From Dimorphilus gyrociliatus (taxonomy: Eukaryota; Animalia; Annelida): a DNA stretch of 64,000 nt. This document shows positions 13,226 to 25,686 of the stretch, piece after piece; within the stretch, counting starts at the first letter, position 1; each line of letters begins with the position of its first letter. A model generated the notes under the pieces. The model did no database searches, was not told the origin of the DNA, and worked only from the letters and a program-made list of their open reading frames with translations. The translations under genes were made by a program, and so were the position numbers. The stretch is taken from contig CAJFCJ010000003.1 of assembly GCA_904063045.1 (NCBI GenBank), positions 3,024,504 through 3,088,503 of the forward strand. Reading direction: 5' to 3'.

Positions 13226-14536
13226 TTATATATATATTACGCGTACATATGACTATATACATATCTAATAAAAAACTGGTCATTCTAGTATGTATTCTAT
13301 GAGAACTGTTATTCAGTAACCATTCAATGTATTTAGAAATTATAAATAATTAATAAGGATCATGAGAATTCATTCATTTTGAAAAAATGCATACTTGGCA
13401 ATATTAATTGCGTAATCCATACACTTATAAAATAATTATCATTATATTTTTAATAATATACTTTTTCTTCTTCTTTAGTTTATACAATCCATAAATAAAT
13501 ATTTATTTATTTATATTGTTGATACACAAACATGCATACCTATCATTTTTAGATTGAAAACTATTTTCTGATGACGAATACTAAATTGTCTAAATCGAAT
13601 GCAGGACAATAAAAAAGCTGAATAAAAAGTTTTTCTTGTTTGAACTAGAACTACGAGTTTATGAAACCTTTATCTTATTTATTTATATGAGTAAGAAAAG
13701 GAAAATTGTACATGAACGATTGATCGAATTACAATTTTGCTTGAACAAATGTATATTCCACCAGCACGGCAAGTTTTCAGCTATCTTCTCGGTGTTTGTC
13801 GTAATTGTTTGTTGGAAAGCGGTCGAGTGTTTGTGGAGAATATTTACACTTCTGGGAACGGTCGCGTGGCGTGGCACCTGTCCCCAGATGGCAGAACGGT
13901 TCTTCCCGGGATGAGTTTTTTACACCTATACTAGCACACATGGGAAATCAGAAAGAAAGCCGGCTGTCACACTGCTTTTCGGTTTTATTTCATTGTAGCG
14001 CAAATTTTTTTCCAGTATGTACAAAACGTTCACGAAATCTTTAAATGCACTTTAAAAACCATAAAAAAAAACTGTATATAGCACACCAAACATTGCAACA
14101 TACGCTTTTTGATAGGTGAACAAAGCCTATATTCATCAAAAGCTCAAGAGGCGTGCCGCCCTAATTAATTATTTTCTAATAACGGTAGCCGAAACTGGGC
14201 AGATGTATGATGACTCCTCAAGGGACGTCGGCATTTGGCAATGGCTGTAAAAATGCATGTTTTTATTGTTTGAAGGCGGATCGACTTTCGCTAACTTTGC
14301 CCCTTTTGTTTTCAACTGACATTTATTCATTATTACAGTTCATAGTTATTCTTCAAACTATTAACATGCTCTATTCACTATAATAGATAAAAAGAGATCA
14401 AATAAAATTGACAAGCGAATTGAAAAGGTAGTTTTTACATTGGCAAAGACAGTGAAGCCCAGCAAAAAGTGTTTCCCCATACATATACAATGTACATGTT
14501 AATATACATATGCGTATAAGTATAAGTGAAATATAA

Positions 14537-14579
<43 letters not shown>

Positions 14580-14811
14580 CATGAATAAATAAATAAATAA
14601 ATATATATATATTTCACACACGCATTTATTTAAACATACAAATTTATGTATAAATAAACATGTGTATATTATTAATTATAATTAAATATAATTAAAGATA
14701 TGTATACGTTAACATGTAGATATACATATACATATTCTTATACATATATATATATATATGTATATATGTATAGAGTAGCAAAAGATATAAAGAAGCAGTC
14801 AAGATTCGTTA

Positions 14812-15740
14812 TCAGTGGTGATGTGGCATCATATTGGCGGAAAATTTCATTCTTTTCTGCTTCTGCCGTTGGTTGCAAAACCAAACCCTAACTACATTCT
14901 TTTTTAAATCTAGTTTATCAGCGATTTGCGCAATTTTTTCTCCCGATGGTCGGGGTTGAACAGCAAAATAGGCTTCTAAAGATCTTTTCTCTGGTGCTGC
15001 TATAGAAGTTCTTTTCCTCTTCTTATCCGTAACAGTATTAAAAACTTCAGCGTGATGCGCGTGCGCCTGTCTCTCTGCTTCGTCCAACCAGGCAGCGAGT
15101 ACTGGTTTGAGGGCAATCATGTTGTTGTGGCTTAGGGTTAATGACTCGAAACGGCATATTGTGCTCTGACTAAGAGAGCCGACGCCAGGTAATTTGAGGT
15201 TACCTAAAGCTTTTCCAACATCTGCTTGCGTGACACCCAACTTGATCCGTCGCTGCTTAAATCTTTCGGCGAAAGCTTCTAATTCGCGAGGATCGCAATC
15301 CAGTTCGTGTTGATGAATTGCAGAAGATGGACTACACATGACGGATGAATGTTGACTATATGAAGCGTACATTTGGGCGTGGGAAGTGAGCATTGAACAG
15401 GCATGATCCGGAGCAACAGCAGGAATAGGCATTGATGATATTTCATCTAACATCGATCCTCCGTGATGTCCTATACCGGGTTGCGAGTAGATGTTTTCGT
15501 GCTTCATGAGAGGGGTCATTATCTTACCGTCCATAGATAAAGTCTGCTCCATATTCGGCGTGTACAATTCGGCGGTCTGTATCGGAAAAGCGCGGAAATT
15601 GTGCAAACAATAGCAAAAAATATCGGTTTTCCGATCGAAGTTGCTATAAAACGATCGCTTAACACGGGTAGATAAGGATCGCGCCCACTTACGGTCGTCA
15701 TCCTGTAGCGCGGAAGAGTAGCCTTATCTGCAACATCCAT
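14812..15740 (-). CDS. POU4: POU class IV (Brn3/unc-86/acj6-type) transcription factor, copy a; 2 exons (15740-15693, 15576-14812), 270 aa
   Basis: POU-specific domain DCDPRELEAFAERFKQRRIKLGVTQADVGKALGNLKLPGVGSLSQSTICRFESLTLSHNNMIALKP and class IV homeodomain KKRKRTSIAAPEKRSLEAYFAVQPRPSGEKIAQIADKLDLKKNVVRVWFCNQRQKQKRMK. Exon 1 (MDVADKATLPRYRMTT) ends at a consensus GTAAGT donor; phase-0 CAG acceptor at 15578-15577. Confidence 0.93.
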
Positions 15741-15786
15741 TTCGCGTTTGTCTAAGGGCACCTGTTAGAGGGTCACGTGGTGCGAT

Positions 15787-15799
15787 TCACGCATGCGCA
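15787..15799. promoter_or_regulatory. NRF1-like element TCACGCATGCGCA, 47 nt upstream of the POU4a ATG
   Basis: Exact reverse complement of the 13-mer at 4718-4730; adjacent E-box CACGTG at 15774-15779. Confidence 0.45.
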
Positions 15800-16248
15800 T
15801 TGAGTGAACAAAGCAGCACCGAAGCGTTTGTAGACGCTTTTAAACAACTCAAACATATACGTTATGCAGGTGGGACTTTGATACGGCTGCGAATGAGACG
15901 TCTATATACATGAAATAATGAGCCGGAGTGATTAAACGTTTTCCGCTTTGTAATTACGTTGTTGACCAACACGTGCCTAACGCTAATGGTCACTCGATAT
16001 TTTCCTTAATCGCCATATAACGAATGTGTTTACTCGCAAAATAAACTCCGATATTTTTCCTCTTTCAGTTTGTTCGTCTAACAATAGATCCCTGACGTTT
16101 TCTATCATTTTTTCCGTATACGTAAAAGAAATTGAAATTGAATATTCACCTTAAATTCCTATTTAGAAATCGCAATGTCGACTTCATTCATAAACCTATT
16201 ATATAATCATCTACAATGTTTAATACGTTTAAAATACAAATGTATATG

Positions 16249-16252
<4 letters not shown>

Positions 16253-16315
<63 letters not shown>
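16253..16315. repeat. (AT)n microsatellite, the longest pure tract I noticed
   Basis: Read directly from the sequence. Confidence 0.95.
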
Positions 16316-16318
<3 letters not shown>

Positions 16319-17547
16319 GGAGAATTTTATCTATTTGCATACAGTAAGTGTTATATACTGTTTGTTTGCAAAAAAAAAAAGGACTGGACCAATTGCCTAT
16401 TGTGTCAAATCTCTTGTCTATTTTTAGTTTTGATTTTGTTGTCTATAAAAAAATTTGTCTAAGTGAATTCCGAGGAGGACTGTCAGTTCCGTTATATTCT
16501 AAGAGATTATCCTCGCTATACGCTCTTTCTCTTTCAATCATCTCGAAAGCCCTTCACTAAACGCCGAGCGACGCTTGACTGCTAAATAAACGCAGTCAGC
16601 TGCTAGAATTCCAGCTTTTCTTTTCACTTCCGGTTTCGAATTTTATACCAAAGAAATAACGCTCAAGGGAACGCAAACGAAATTATTTTAATAAAATAAG
16701 GGCGAAAATTTTGGTTCCCTTTCGACTAGGCGGGGCATCGTGGGAAGTGATCTAAGAGAGTATGAATGGTAGAGTGCACTTAGTCGTATCTAGTTCAGAG
16801 CCCTTAGACGCTGTAATCTTCTCAGAAAGACAATTAGCTTATTAGGCGAGCGTCATTTAGAAGTAATTCAAGACGAAAACGAAATTGGTAAAAGTGGCGG
16901 AAGAGACAGCAGCTGAAACTGTCTGCCGACTTCCGCCCGATATTTTTCTTCTTTGCTGTACATGTATCGAGGATTAACAGAATGAGGAAAAGAGAGGAAA
17001 CTTTGATATCGACATTATGCTATCGCCATTCAAATTAAACTCGTTAAATCGCGCTAACAGTAAAATTATGGAGTTGACAAGATTAAATATATTTACATAA
17101 GTATGGTTCCCGGATGTGTCTAGTTTATCTGTGAATTACTCGTTGAGCAAATAGATAAAATAATTGAGAGGTTGAAGGGAAACTAAATGCGAAGAGCTTT
17201 AAAGAGAAATAGAGTGGAATGTAATGGGTTAGAGCATAGTTATTTGAGATTTGCCAATGGGAACTTTGTAGATGTGGCCCTTATTTCTCTATGCCTTTAC
17301 AGTATATATCTTTCTCTCTCACGCGTATAATGAAACGTTTAAAAAATTCACGACTCCATATAATAAAGGCAAGGTACTTTCGTCCGCGAAGTCATCTTTA
17401 ATTTACAGTACGTCTATAACATAAAAGGCGGCCAGGCGGTCTCTGCATATTCCATTCCAACTCCTCCAGTCGAAGAGAACGGATTATTATACTGTTTAGG
17501 CAAACTCACCAAAAATATCTTGGTCTGGGAGTCTTAGTATACGCCGC

Positions 17548-17560
17548 CGCCATCTAGCGG
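17548..17560 (-). promoter_or_regulatory. CTCF-like motif CCGCTAGATGGCG between POU4a and POU4b
   Basis: Fits the bilaterian CTCF core (CCRSYAGRKGGCR). The same 12-mer recurs at 29278 and 46166. Confidence 0.5.
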
Positions 17561-20500
17561 ATTAGATGATTTCTTAGGTAAGTTCTTACGTGAGTCGATG
17601 TGTCAAATCGAGTAATAGACTTTATCGGTAAATAAATGGTCGTTTAAGTTATTACTAATAATTGGTTATTGCTAAACTACATAAAGTAAGAACAAAGAAG
17701 ACGCAATAATGCATATAAAACAGACAATAATTAAAGTATCATCGGCTGACAATGAACAAATCAATATAGTAAAAGAACAAAAAAAAATTTTTTGTCATAG
17801 AAAGAAAGATAAAAGGGTAAAAAGTTATGGATATAAATTAAGAGGAACAGGCATGAACTTTAATATCCAACTGTTAATATTCCTTTAATGACAAAAACGT
17901 CAGACAGGAAAATTGCTGTTGATAGCCTTTTATAATAACTGGGCGTCTAGTTGCGAGTTTTTGGAACGCTTATCTATCAGACGCCAATACAGCGTTTGTC
18001 TGCCGCAAATGATGACAAACGACGCGGGCAACCCGACCTTAGGAAGAGAGCTTTTGATGATCGGACGTCGGTCGGAAATAGACTGGGAGTATACAATTTT
18101 TTCTTACCTGTACTTAAAAGGTCGTTGAGGGTGATTTGTGGCAGGAATGATAAGTCGAATCCGATTAGTTTTCAACGTGTTTGTCTGTCTTGAATGCTGT
18201 CGGTTGAAAGTGGACGTATTATACTCTTAAGGAAGCAGCTTGTATTTCCAACTGAAATTTATAGCAAATTAACTAAATATATATACATATCCGTGCGTTA
18301 ATCAATATAACGCTTTTTTCCCCGTACCCAATGACCATATGAGCAAACATTAGGAAAAATGATTATTAAAATTGAACTAGTCGAGAAGGAATCGAAAGCT
18401 TTCTAATAGAAACATAACATACCTCATATTCACTTAAAAAGGAATTTGTTTTTTACTACTGTACAAATTACAGACTATTATGTTCATTGAAAAGAAGAAT
18501 AGTATTCATAATTACTTGAACAGTTTACATATATTTAAAGGAGACTAGTATTGTTTTCCTACCTGTCTACTGCAAAGCTTTATGTACTAGTTGAACGCCG
18601 GTCTGGTGATCGACTGCACACACCGGACGCGTATGAACGCGCGCATTAAGGCACATTAGCGCGTCGGACGGCGTGAAAGCAAACGTCATGACAAATGCAA
18701 ACATTAGGCGTCCACCTTCATCGACTTGTTTGCCAGCATTTCTATCCCGGCATTATTGCCTTTAAACCGCATGCTAAATTGCTCTTCTATTCTTTTCCGA
18801 ATGTTGTCGCACCATCGTTACGCCCTAGGCCGTATTTACCCGGCAGTAAATTGCCGTTTGTATACATATACATTTACTCTGGGAGGATCGATAGCTGAGT
18901 ACTCTGGCAAAAGCTTACTGACCTTTTGTTTGAATGTCATGAAAAATGCAAAGCGTTCAACAAATTGGTGAAATGTTTTATTTTGATTGTAGGACTAAAT
19001 AGAATTTCTGCAAAGTCTGTTCTCTTTCCTCTTTTTTTTATTTCCCAATGTAAAAATTCTCCTTTCATTTTTTTATCATCCAACATCGCCGGAGGATACT
19101 CAATTTATAAATAAATAGCTAAAGAACAGCCGCTAGGTGTCACTAGGTGATTGACGGGTATTTTTTTTTGAAGCATTGTTTCCATACGGTAAGTGGCCAT
19201 TGTTGCGGGACATGGACGTACTTTGAACGCCCGGAGGCGTTGCGATGTTTCAACTTATCACGCGAATCACTAAATACGTTCATGAACATAAGGGTATAGA
19301 GTTTTTTTTTGGGGCAGCATTTAATGGACGTCGCGGAGCTGTAAAGGGTACTTAAGTCGACGCTTGTAGGCAGCGCTGAAACGCGCTTTGAGACGTTGAG
19401 AATGACTGTTGAGTGCTGTTTCTTTTGCGGTTGGTAATTTGTAATGGATAGGAATTATATTAAGGGGTTTTTCTATACTGTTAAAGGGCAGTTTTCGCCA
19501 ACTAACAATATAATAGTACATCTTTCACTATAGGTTATTAGTTAAAAGAAAGAAACGCGAGTATTGCATCTATTAGCAAAGGTGGATAGTTATTGATGGT
19601 AATATAGTCATAATGCGTAAACTGATGACAGAACAAGCGAATTGAGATGAAAAGGAGAGAAATGATTGTGGACACGCGCCCGCCATATTGCTTACCCTAT
19701 CAACACTATTGTCTATGTAAAATCTCTTAGACGAGATGTTTAAACGTTCGCACGAGACAAATAAGATGTCACGTGACTGGGAGTCGTTGAAAAAATTGCT
19801 GCGTGCATTGGATCAAAAGGTCGTCTACCTGACCGACGTTCGTTGAAACTTCAAAGAAATTGTACGCGCGTGTTTCGGTGCGTATAAGGTAGCCTTAATT
19901 TATCAAGTGTATAGGCTTTAAGAAATAAATAAAGGGCATTAAAAGCTTCGCCTGCAAGATGGTTCGACGAACAAAAAGAAAGATTTGAATAAAAAAAAAA
20001 ACGACATGTGGCCAGTACACGAATCTTGCATATGGAGCGTCTCATGAAATTTTCAAGCCAAAACACTCTGTCCGTCACTAATTCTATTTCCGAAACAGCA
20101 CTGACTTGTTGCCGCGGTTGTGCCCTTTGAGAAATGAGCGCCTTCAGACCGCCTTTCGATTTCGTATCTTTATCCTTGTTTACGTTCTCTCTCCACTTAT
20201 TTTCCACTATATAATTATTGAATTTTACGCGTTATTACATCTTTTCTCCTATTTTTTTTGTATCTATTAAAGAATATGAGACTATCTGTAGATAAACTGT
20301 ATATATAGATACATTTAAATATGTGTTTTTCTTTATGTATATATATATAAAAACTAATATATTTATATAACATATATATATAATATCTCTATAATCTGTT
20401 ATTAATCTATTCTATTAATTTAATAAATCTATATTTGTCAAGTTTAAAAATCTGTTGTTATCCCAATAATTTTATTATGAATTGAATTTACTATTACGCA

Positions 20501-22800
20501 ACATGTTTTGTTGGAGAAAGCCTACAATCTAACTGAAAAAGAGAATAAAGTAATATTTTTTTAAATAATTGATCACTTATCTATTCATGGAAAAGGGAGC
20601 TTGGGAGAAAGAGTAGAAAGAGAGAGCGAGCGAGTGAGTGAGCGAGAGAGAGAGAGAGAGAGAATAAGAGAGATATATGACTTGATAGACAGATAGACGA
20701 GTATAATAAAATAAAGGAGGAAAAAATATGACAAGTCGCAACAAGAGAGAAGCCGAGAAAGAGAAAGACAGCTAAAGAATAATTGTTTTAAAGTAAACTA
20801 CTGGAGAGAAAGAAATCTGTTAAGGAAATAGAAGGGAAAACCTTTTGCACTATATTTTTCTAATATTCCCAGCAGTTGTACCATGGTGCCATAATTTATT
20901 ATGGTAATTTCATTACTTTCTCCCTTTTTTCCTGATTAGCTGATCAGATATCATTAAAATAAACCTTTTCCTGATTTTGAACAATAGAAAGGAATTATTT
21001 AAATACATTCAAAATAAATAAATATGTTTTAATGAAATAAACATGACCCATGTTTTCTACATTCAAGAATTGAAGAGGGAAGAAAGTGGTTGCATGAACA
21101 ATATTTATTACGTTAATTCTTTTTAAGCTAAATAATTTTGTGGCTTGATTTAATAGTAAATCGATTAATTGATCGATTTGATTGATTTGATTTGATTAAA
21201 GGATGAAAATATTTCATTGAACCAACGAACCATACAGCGCAGTCTGTTTTTTTTTGTAAGTTGGAAATATAGCTATCAATATCTGTTGAAAGGATATAGT
21301 TTATAACATCATCATCAATTTTTCCCATAGCAATTTTGCTCCAATTTTACAGTTGGAATATCTGTATAAGAAAAGCGGCTTTTGATCTATCCCCGACCGT
21401 CTCCCGGCGTCTTTTCCCCTACTACAAAGGCGTCGACGATGCATTAGGAGAGACGCTTTAATCCGACCGTCCCAAAGCGTTCGACGTCGACCCGCTTCTG
21501 ACCTCTGTAACGCCGATTGCCAATCTGAGCGTTACTAGAGATCTTGCTTGTTAACGCCGTGTCCGTTCCGGCGTCACTTTTCATTTGCGACTGCTTAATT
21601 TTGTTATAGGATGCCGGAGATTGGCGAGAGTATAGAAGAGATTTAGTTCTTTGTAGAGTAAATGCAAATGCAAATGTTTTCCTCCCATGTAAATCCAAAC
21701 TCTTGGCTTTTGTTAGTCAGTCTATAAAGGCCTAAGCACAAAGATATTCGGAGTATAGAATACTAAATTAGAAAATAATTGAGTGTCAATATATTTTGCG
21801 TACGTAATGTATATATTTTCATATTATTAAATAAATGATAAATATTTAAATATCTTTAAACAGATTGGAGGGAGTAAAAGAGATTTATTCATAAATCCTG
21901 CAAAAACCAAAAAATCTTTCTTTTTTCCTTTCTTTCATCTGACTTGCTTTTGAACTATTTTAAATATCTCATGCTTAAGCCGTATTTCTAGCGAAATATA
22001 TACTTTGTATACTGTAATAGTTTTATGTTTTCACTAACAAAACAATAATAAATTAAAGAAAAATTCACTGTCTTAAGAATACTTGTATAATTTTTTTCTT
22101 TATTAAAAAAAGAAAAAATTTTCCCTGTAGCTTTTTGTTTTTTGTTTTTTTCATTTCCTTTTTCTTTTAGATAAATTTTTTTTTTATAAAAAAAAAAAGT
22201 TTTGGTTCTCGCAGATAAAAATTATTATTAAAATTGTAAAGTTTTTTTTTTTTTCGTTTCTCAGAATGGAATAGGTTTCTAATTTGTTTTTTGTAGTTTT
22301 TTTTGTTTTTCTCTTCGTTTTTTTACTTGTTTTCTTGATTTTTGCTTTTTTTCCTTTTAAATATAAAAAAGAAAACGGCACGAAACAATAAACTGAATAA
22401 ATAACGTTACGACTAGATTTACTTACAATACATACATGTATACAAATAAAAATTTTTACGGCACAGCAGCAGTGTGTACACTTATTTCTGTGATGGTGAT
22501 TGAAAAGCTCGTTTTGTGACTTCCTCTAACTGCATGACTTCATAGGCAAGAACGCAGGCCGATATATATTATCTTCTTCGTATAAGAAAAGGAGAGAGAC
22601 AGAGAGACAGATAGAGTTGGAGATGGAGAGAAGGGGCGAAGAAAGGAGGGGCGGAAGAAGACAGAGAAAGAGAAATAAATAGATACATAGGTCATTACAT
22701 AGATAGATAGATAGAGATAATTTTTCTATATATGGACCTGGAGAATAAAAGATTACATTATAAATTATTAGATCCATTAATTATTGAAAATTTCACCTGA

Positions 22801-23646
22801 TCAGCAGTGAGCCGGCAAATTAGAGAACTTCATTCTTTTCTGCTTCTGCCTTTGATTGCAAAACCAAACTCGAACTACATTCTTCTTTAAGCCAAGTTTT
22901 TCTGCGATCTGTGCAATTTTTTCACCAGATGGTCGCGGTTGAACAGCAAAATAGGCTTCTAATGATCTTTTCTCTTGTGCAGTTATTGACGTTCTCTTCC
23001 TTTTAGCATCAGCGGCTGAGCTAAATATTTCGTGTGATTGTTTATTTTCCCTTGCTTGTCTTTCAGCCTCATCTAACCAAGCAGCGAGTACTGGTTTGAG
23101 GGCAATCATATTGTTGTGGCTTAAGGTTAATGACTCGAAACGGCATATTGTGCTCTGACTAAGAGAACCAACGCCAGGTAATTTCAGATTGCCCAAAGCC
23201 TTGCCAACATCGGCCTGAGTAACGCCCAATTTAATACGTCGTTGTTTGAAACGCTCGGCAAAAGCTTCTAATTCACGAGGATCGCAGTCAATTGTATGTG
23301 AAGACTGCATTGTGTGGGCGGCTGCAATAGCAGCATGGGGAGACTGTTGAACACAACCGCTATAAGGTGATGCGTAGACCATTTGACCAGCTCCTGGATG
23401 AGAATGGGACGCTAAACTGTGCACTGGAGGCTCGAAACCCGTCATTGGTACAGACAGCTGCTCTAACATAGTGTCTGCCTGACCGAAAGCGTGTAGACTC
23501 ATTTGACTGCGCGGACCACCCGATGCTGTCGTCGTTGACATATCGTACTGCAAGCTCTCGCCTTTAACATGCTGAGCAGCTTTAGCAAGATCCAAGTCAT
23601 GCCTTGGAAAGAAGTTTGCGTCTATACCCGTCGAAAAAAGATCCGT
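22801..23646 (-). CDS. POU4: POU class IV transcription factor, copy b; main coding exon (281 codons plus stop), first exon uncertain
   Basis: POU-specific domain identical in protein to copy a. Homeodomain AKRKRTSITAQEKRSLEAYFAVQPRPSGEKIAQIAEKLGLKKNVVRVWFCNQRQKQKRMK. The frame stays open upstream of the ORF-track start to a phase-0 acceptor (ctcttttccaacag|ACG) equivalent to that of copy a. Confidence 0.92.
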   Translation of the reverse strand, partial: TDLFSTGIDANFFPRHDLDLAKAAQHVKGESLQYDMSTTTASGGPRSQMSLHAFGQADTMLEQLSVPMTGFEPPVHSLASHSHPGAGQMVYASPYSGCVQQSPHAAIAAAHTMQSSHTIDCDPRELEAFAERFKQRRIKLGVTQADVGKALGNLKLPGVGSLSQSTICRFESLTLSHNNMIALKPVLAAWLDEAERQARENKQSHEIFSSAADAKRKRTSITAQEKRSLEAYFAVQPRPSGEKIAQIAEKLGLKKNVVRVWFCNQRQKQKRMKFSNLPAHC

Positions 23647-25635
23647 CTGTTGGAAAAGAGACTAATTTAAAATTCATTTTCATCAATCGATACCCGAAAC
23701 GACGCAAAAGCGTGTTGAGAGTCATTCTAAAATCTCATCAACTCTATAGGCGTATCAGAATATTGACTTGTAAACACAGTCATTAATCTCGTTAAGTTTT
23801 CCAATATTGGCAAACAATTTTCCGTAAGAGACGCCTATTTTTATGCAAAGAAAAACAAAGTAGAAAACTTCTTTTTTAGATTAGTAGAACTTATATACAA
23901 AGAATTTTAGTAAAAAAAAATGCAATAAATTTTAAAGTAAGTAATAAAATACGTTAAACACGGACATTCGAAATGAAGGTACGTTTGGGTGCGGAAAAAC
24001 GACGGCATATTGCAATCTCCCGCATAGCGTATTGCTGTTGGTACTGCGTTGCCTACTGTAAAGAATGTCATGCAACAGTCGAACTAATCAACTGCAACGA
24101 ATTATTTGCGGCTCCAATTCACGCTTTATATTCCGTTTTTCCGTCAATAATTTTTGTATTATGTAAAAACCAGCAGTAAAAGAGCCGGCGGCAAAATCTG
24201 TTTGTGTGCATGCATTTATAATGTATATAGTCTATTTATTATAAATATAAACACATCCTACTAGATCACTAATATCAATGAGCGTCTAAACGTATAAAAA
24301 ATTCACGGTCGACGATTTGTTTGAGAATTGAATTATTTCTCATATATACGGAAGCGGTATTCACCTTTTTTAACAACATGTTTAAACGCTCATTCATACT
24401 TGATACTTCCGGGTGTTAATCTATTTTATTTTCAATTGTATTCTCGATAGTCTTTACTTTTTTCATTTTTGTTCATAGAAAAATCTTCCAATGGCAAATA
24501 CAATAGCAAAAAAGAGCTATTATTAACAATTGCTCGTTCGCTACCTTTGGCCAATGGCGTGACCAGGGCGTCGTTGCCCTTTTACGAGCGTCATTTCGAC
24601 GCGCTGACGCGCGTGGCAGACAAGATGACGAGCCGTCCGACGGGAGCAAACCGGCCACTTCCGCCGCCCGCTGACGCTATTCAATGGCGGCGGCGTTACT
24701 CGGCCGAAGAGCGGCAATTTTTCAATTTAGCTGCCAATCGGCGCGAGAGTCCCTTGATATGGCGCTTATCTCATTCGCATCGATCTTTTCTTTGCAGCCT
24801 CTTTCTTTTTCAATTAACACACCTTGCTCTATATTTTCTCTATAGATTCCTTTTTCTTTTATTTCTCTATAGACTTCAGTTTTTAAAATTTACTTTATTA
24901 TTAATTAAATTGAGGTTTACCAGTATTTTCATTTCTATTAATAACAGGCCATTGTTTCTCATATTATTTGTATATTTTCTCTCATTTAACCTAGATATTT
25001 TCTTTATACTCTTTCATTTTCAATTAACGCACCTTGGCAATTTTCGGTGTACCGGCGGCGGCGATTATAATTACTATTTATTTTCTTCCCGAGAAACATC
25101 TGCGCCGGCCGCGAAACGATTACTTGTCACTAGTTTACAGAGTATACATTATTGAATGGTAAAATTTCTGTAATTAGTCGCATGACCAGTAAAGTGTTTA
25201 CTTTGGTTGAAATATTCATCCTTTCCTATAAACATATCTTAGACTCTCTTTTTTTCATTTATTCATACCATCTCTCTATCTTTTTAAGTTACTTACAAGC
25301 TTTATACTTTTCCATTAGATGACTCTATCTCAATCTTTCACTTATTCCGCTGAGCTCTATCTCTCTTACACTATGTCTCATCTTACATTCGTTTAGCTTT
25401 GATGTAATTTAACAACTTCTATACATAAATACATATATATATATATATATATACATATATATTACTATATATGTTTATACATCCAGTATTGAAATTTTAA
25501 ACTATTTCTTCACCTTAGACTTACTCATTCTCTCGCTCAGTAAGAAATTTTTGAATAATTGAACAGGAAGACGTTCATTAACGAGTGCAGTCTGATTAAT
25601 TTTATAAAAAAAAAGAGAAAAGATAAAGTACAAAC

Positions 25636-25686
25636 CTGATGATATAGTCCATAAGAACTCATACTGCTTCTGGGAACCGTTTGCAT
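25636..25686 (-). CDS. Candidate first coding exon of POU4b (MQTVPRSSMSSYGLYHQ)
   Basis: ATG followed by 17 codons ending CAG|GTTTGT (phase 0, compatible with the 23646 acceptor). Paired CCAAT/ATTGG boxes lie upstream (~25767-25797). One of three candidates. Confidence 0.35.

Noticed and set aside
13570-13620. TGATGA...CTGA box C/D-like pair
   Set aside because: Too short (~50 nt), intergenic, and lacks a terminal stem.
23975-24070. Alternative POU4b first exons MREIAICRRFSAPK / MTFFTVGNAVP...
   Set aside because: The available donors are phase 1 or 2 and do not fit the phase-0 acceptor at 23646 shared with copy a. Not fully excluded.
24469-25155. 228-aa + strand ORF
   Set aside because: TTG start; it runs across a CpG island and a T-rich tract, giving an F/L-biased low-complexity product antisense to the POU4b upstream region. 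No recognisable domain.
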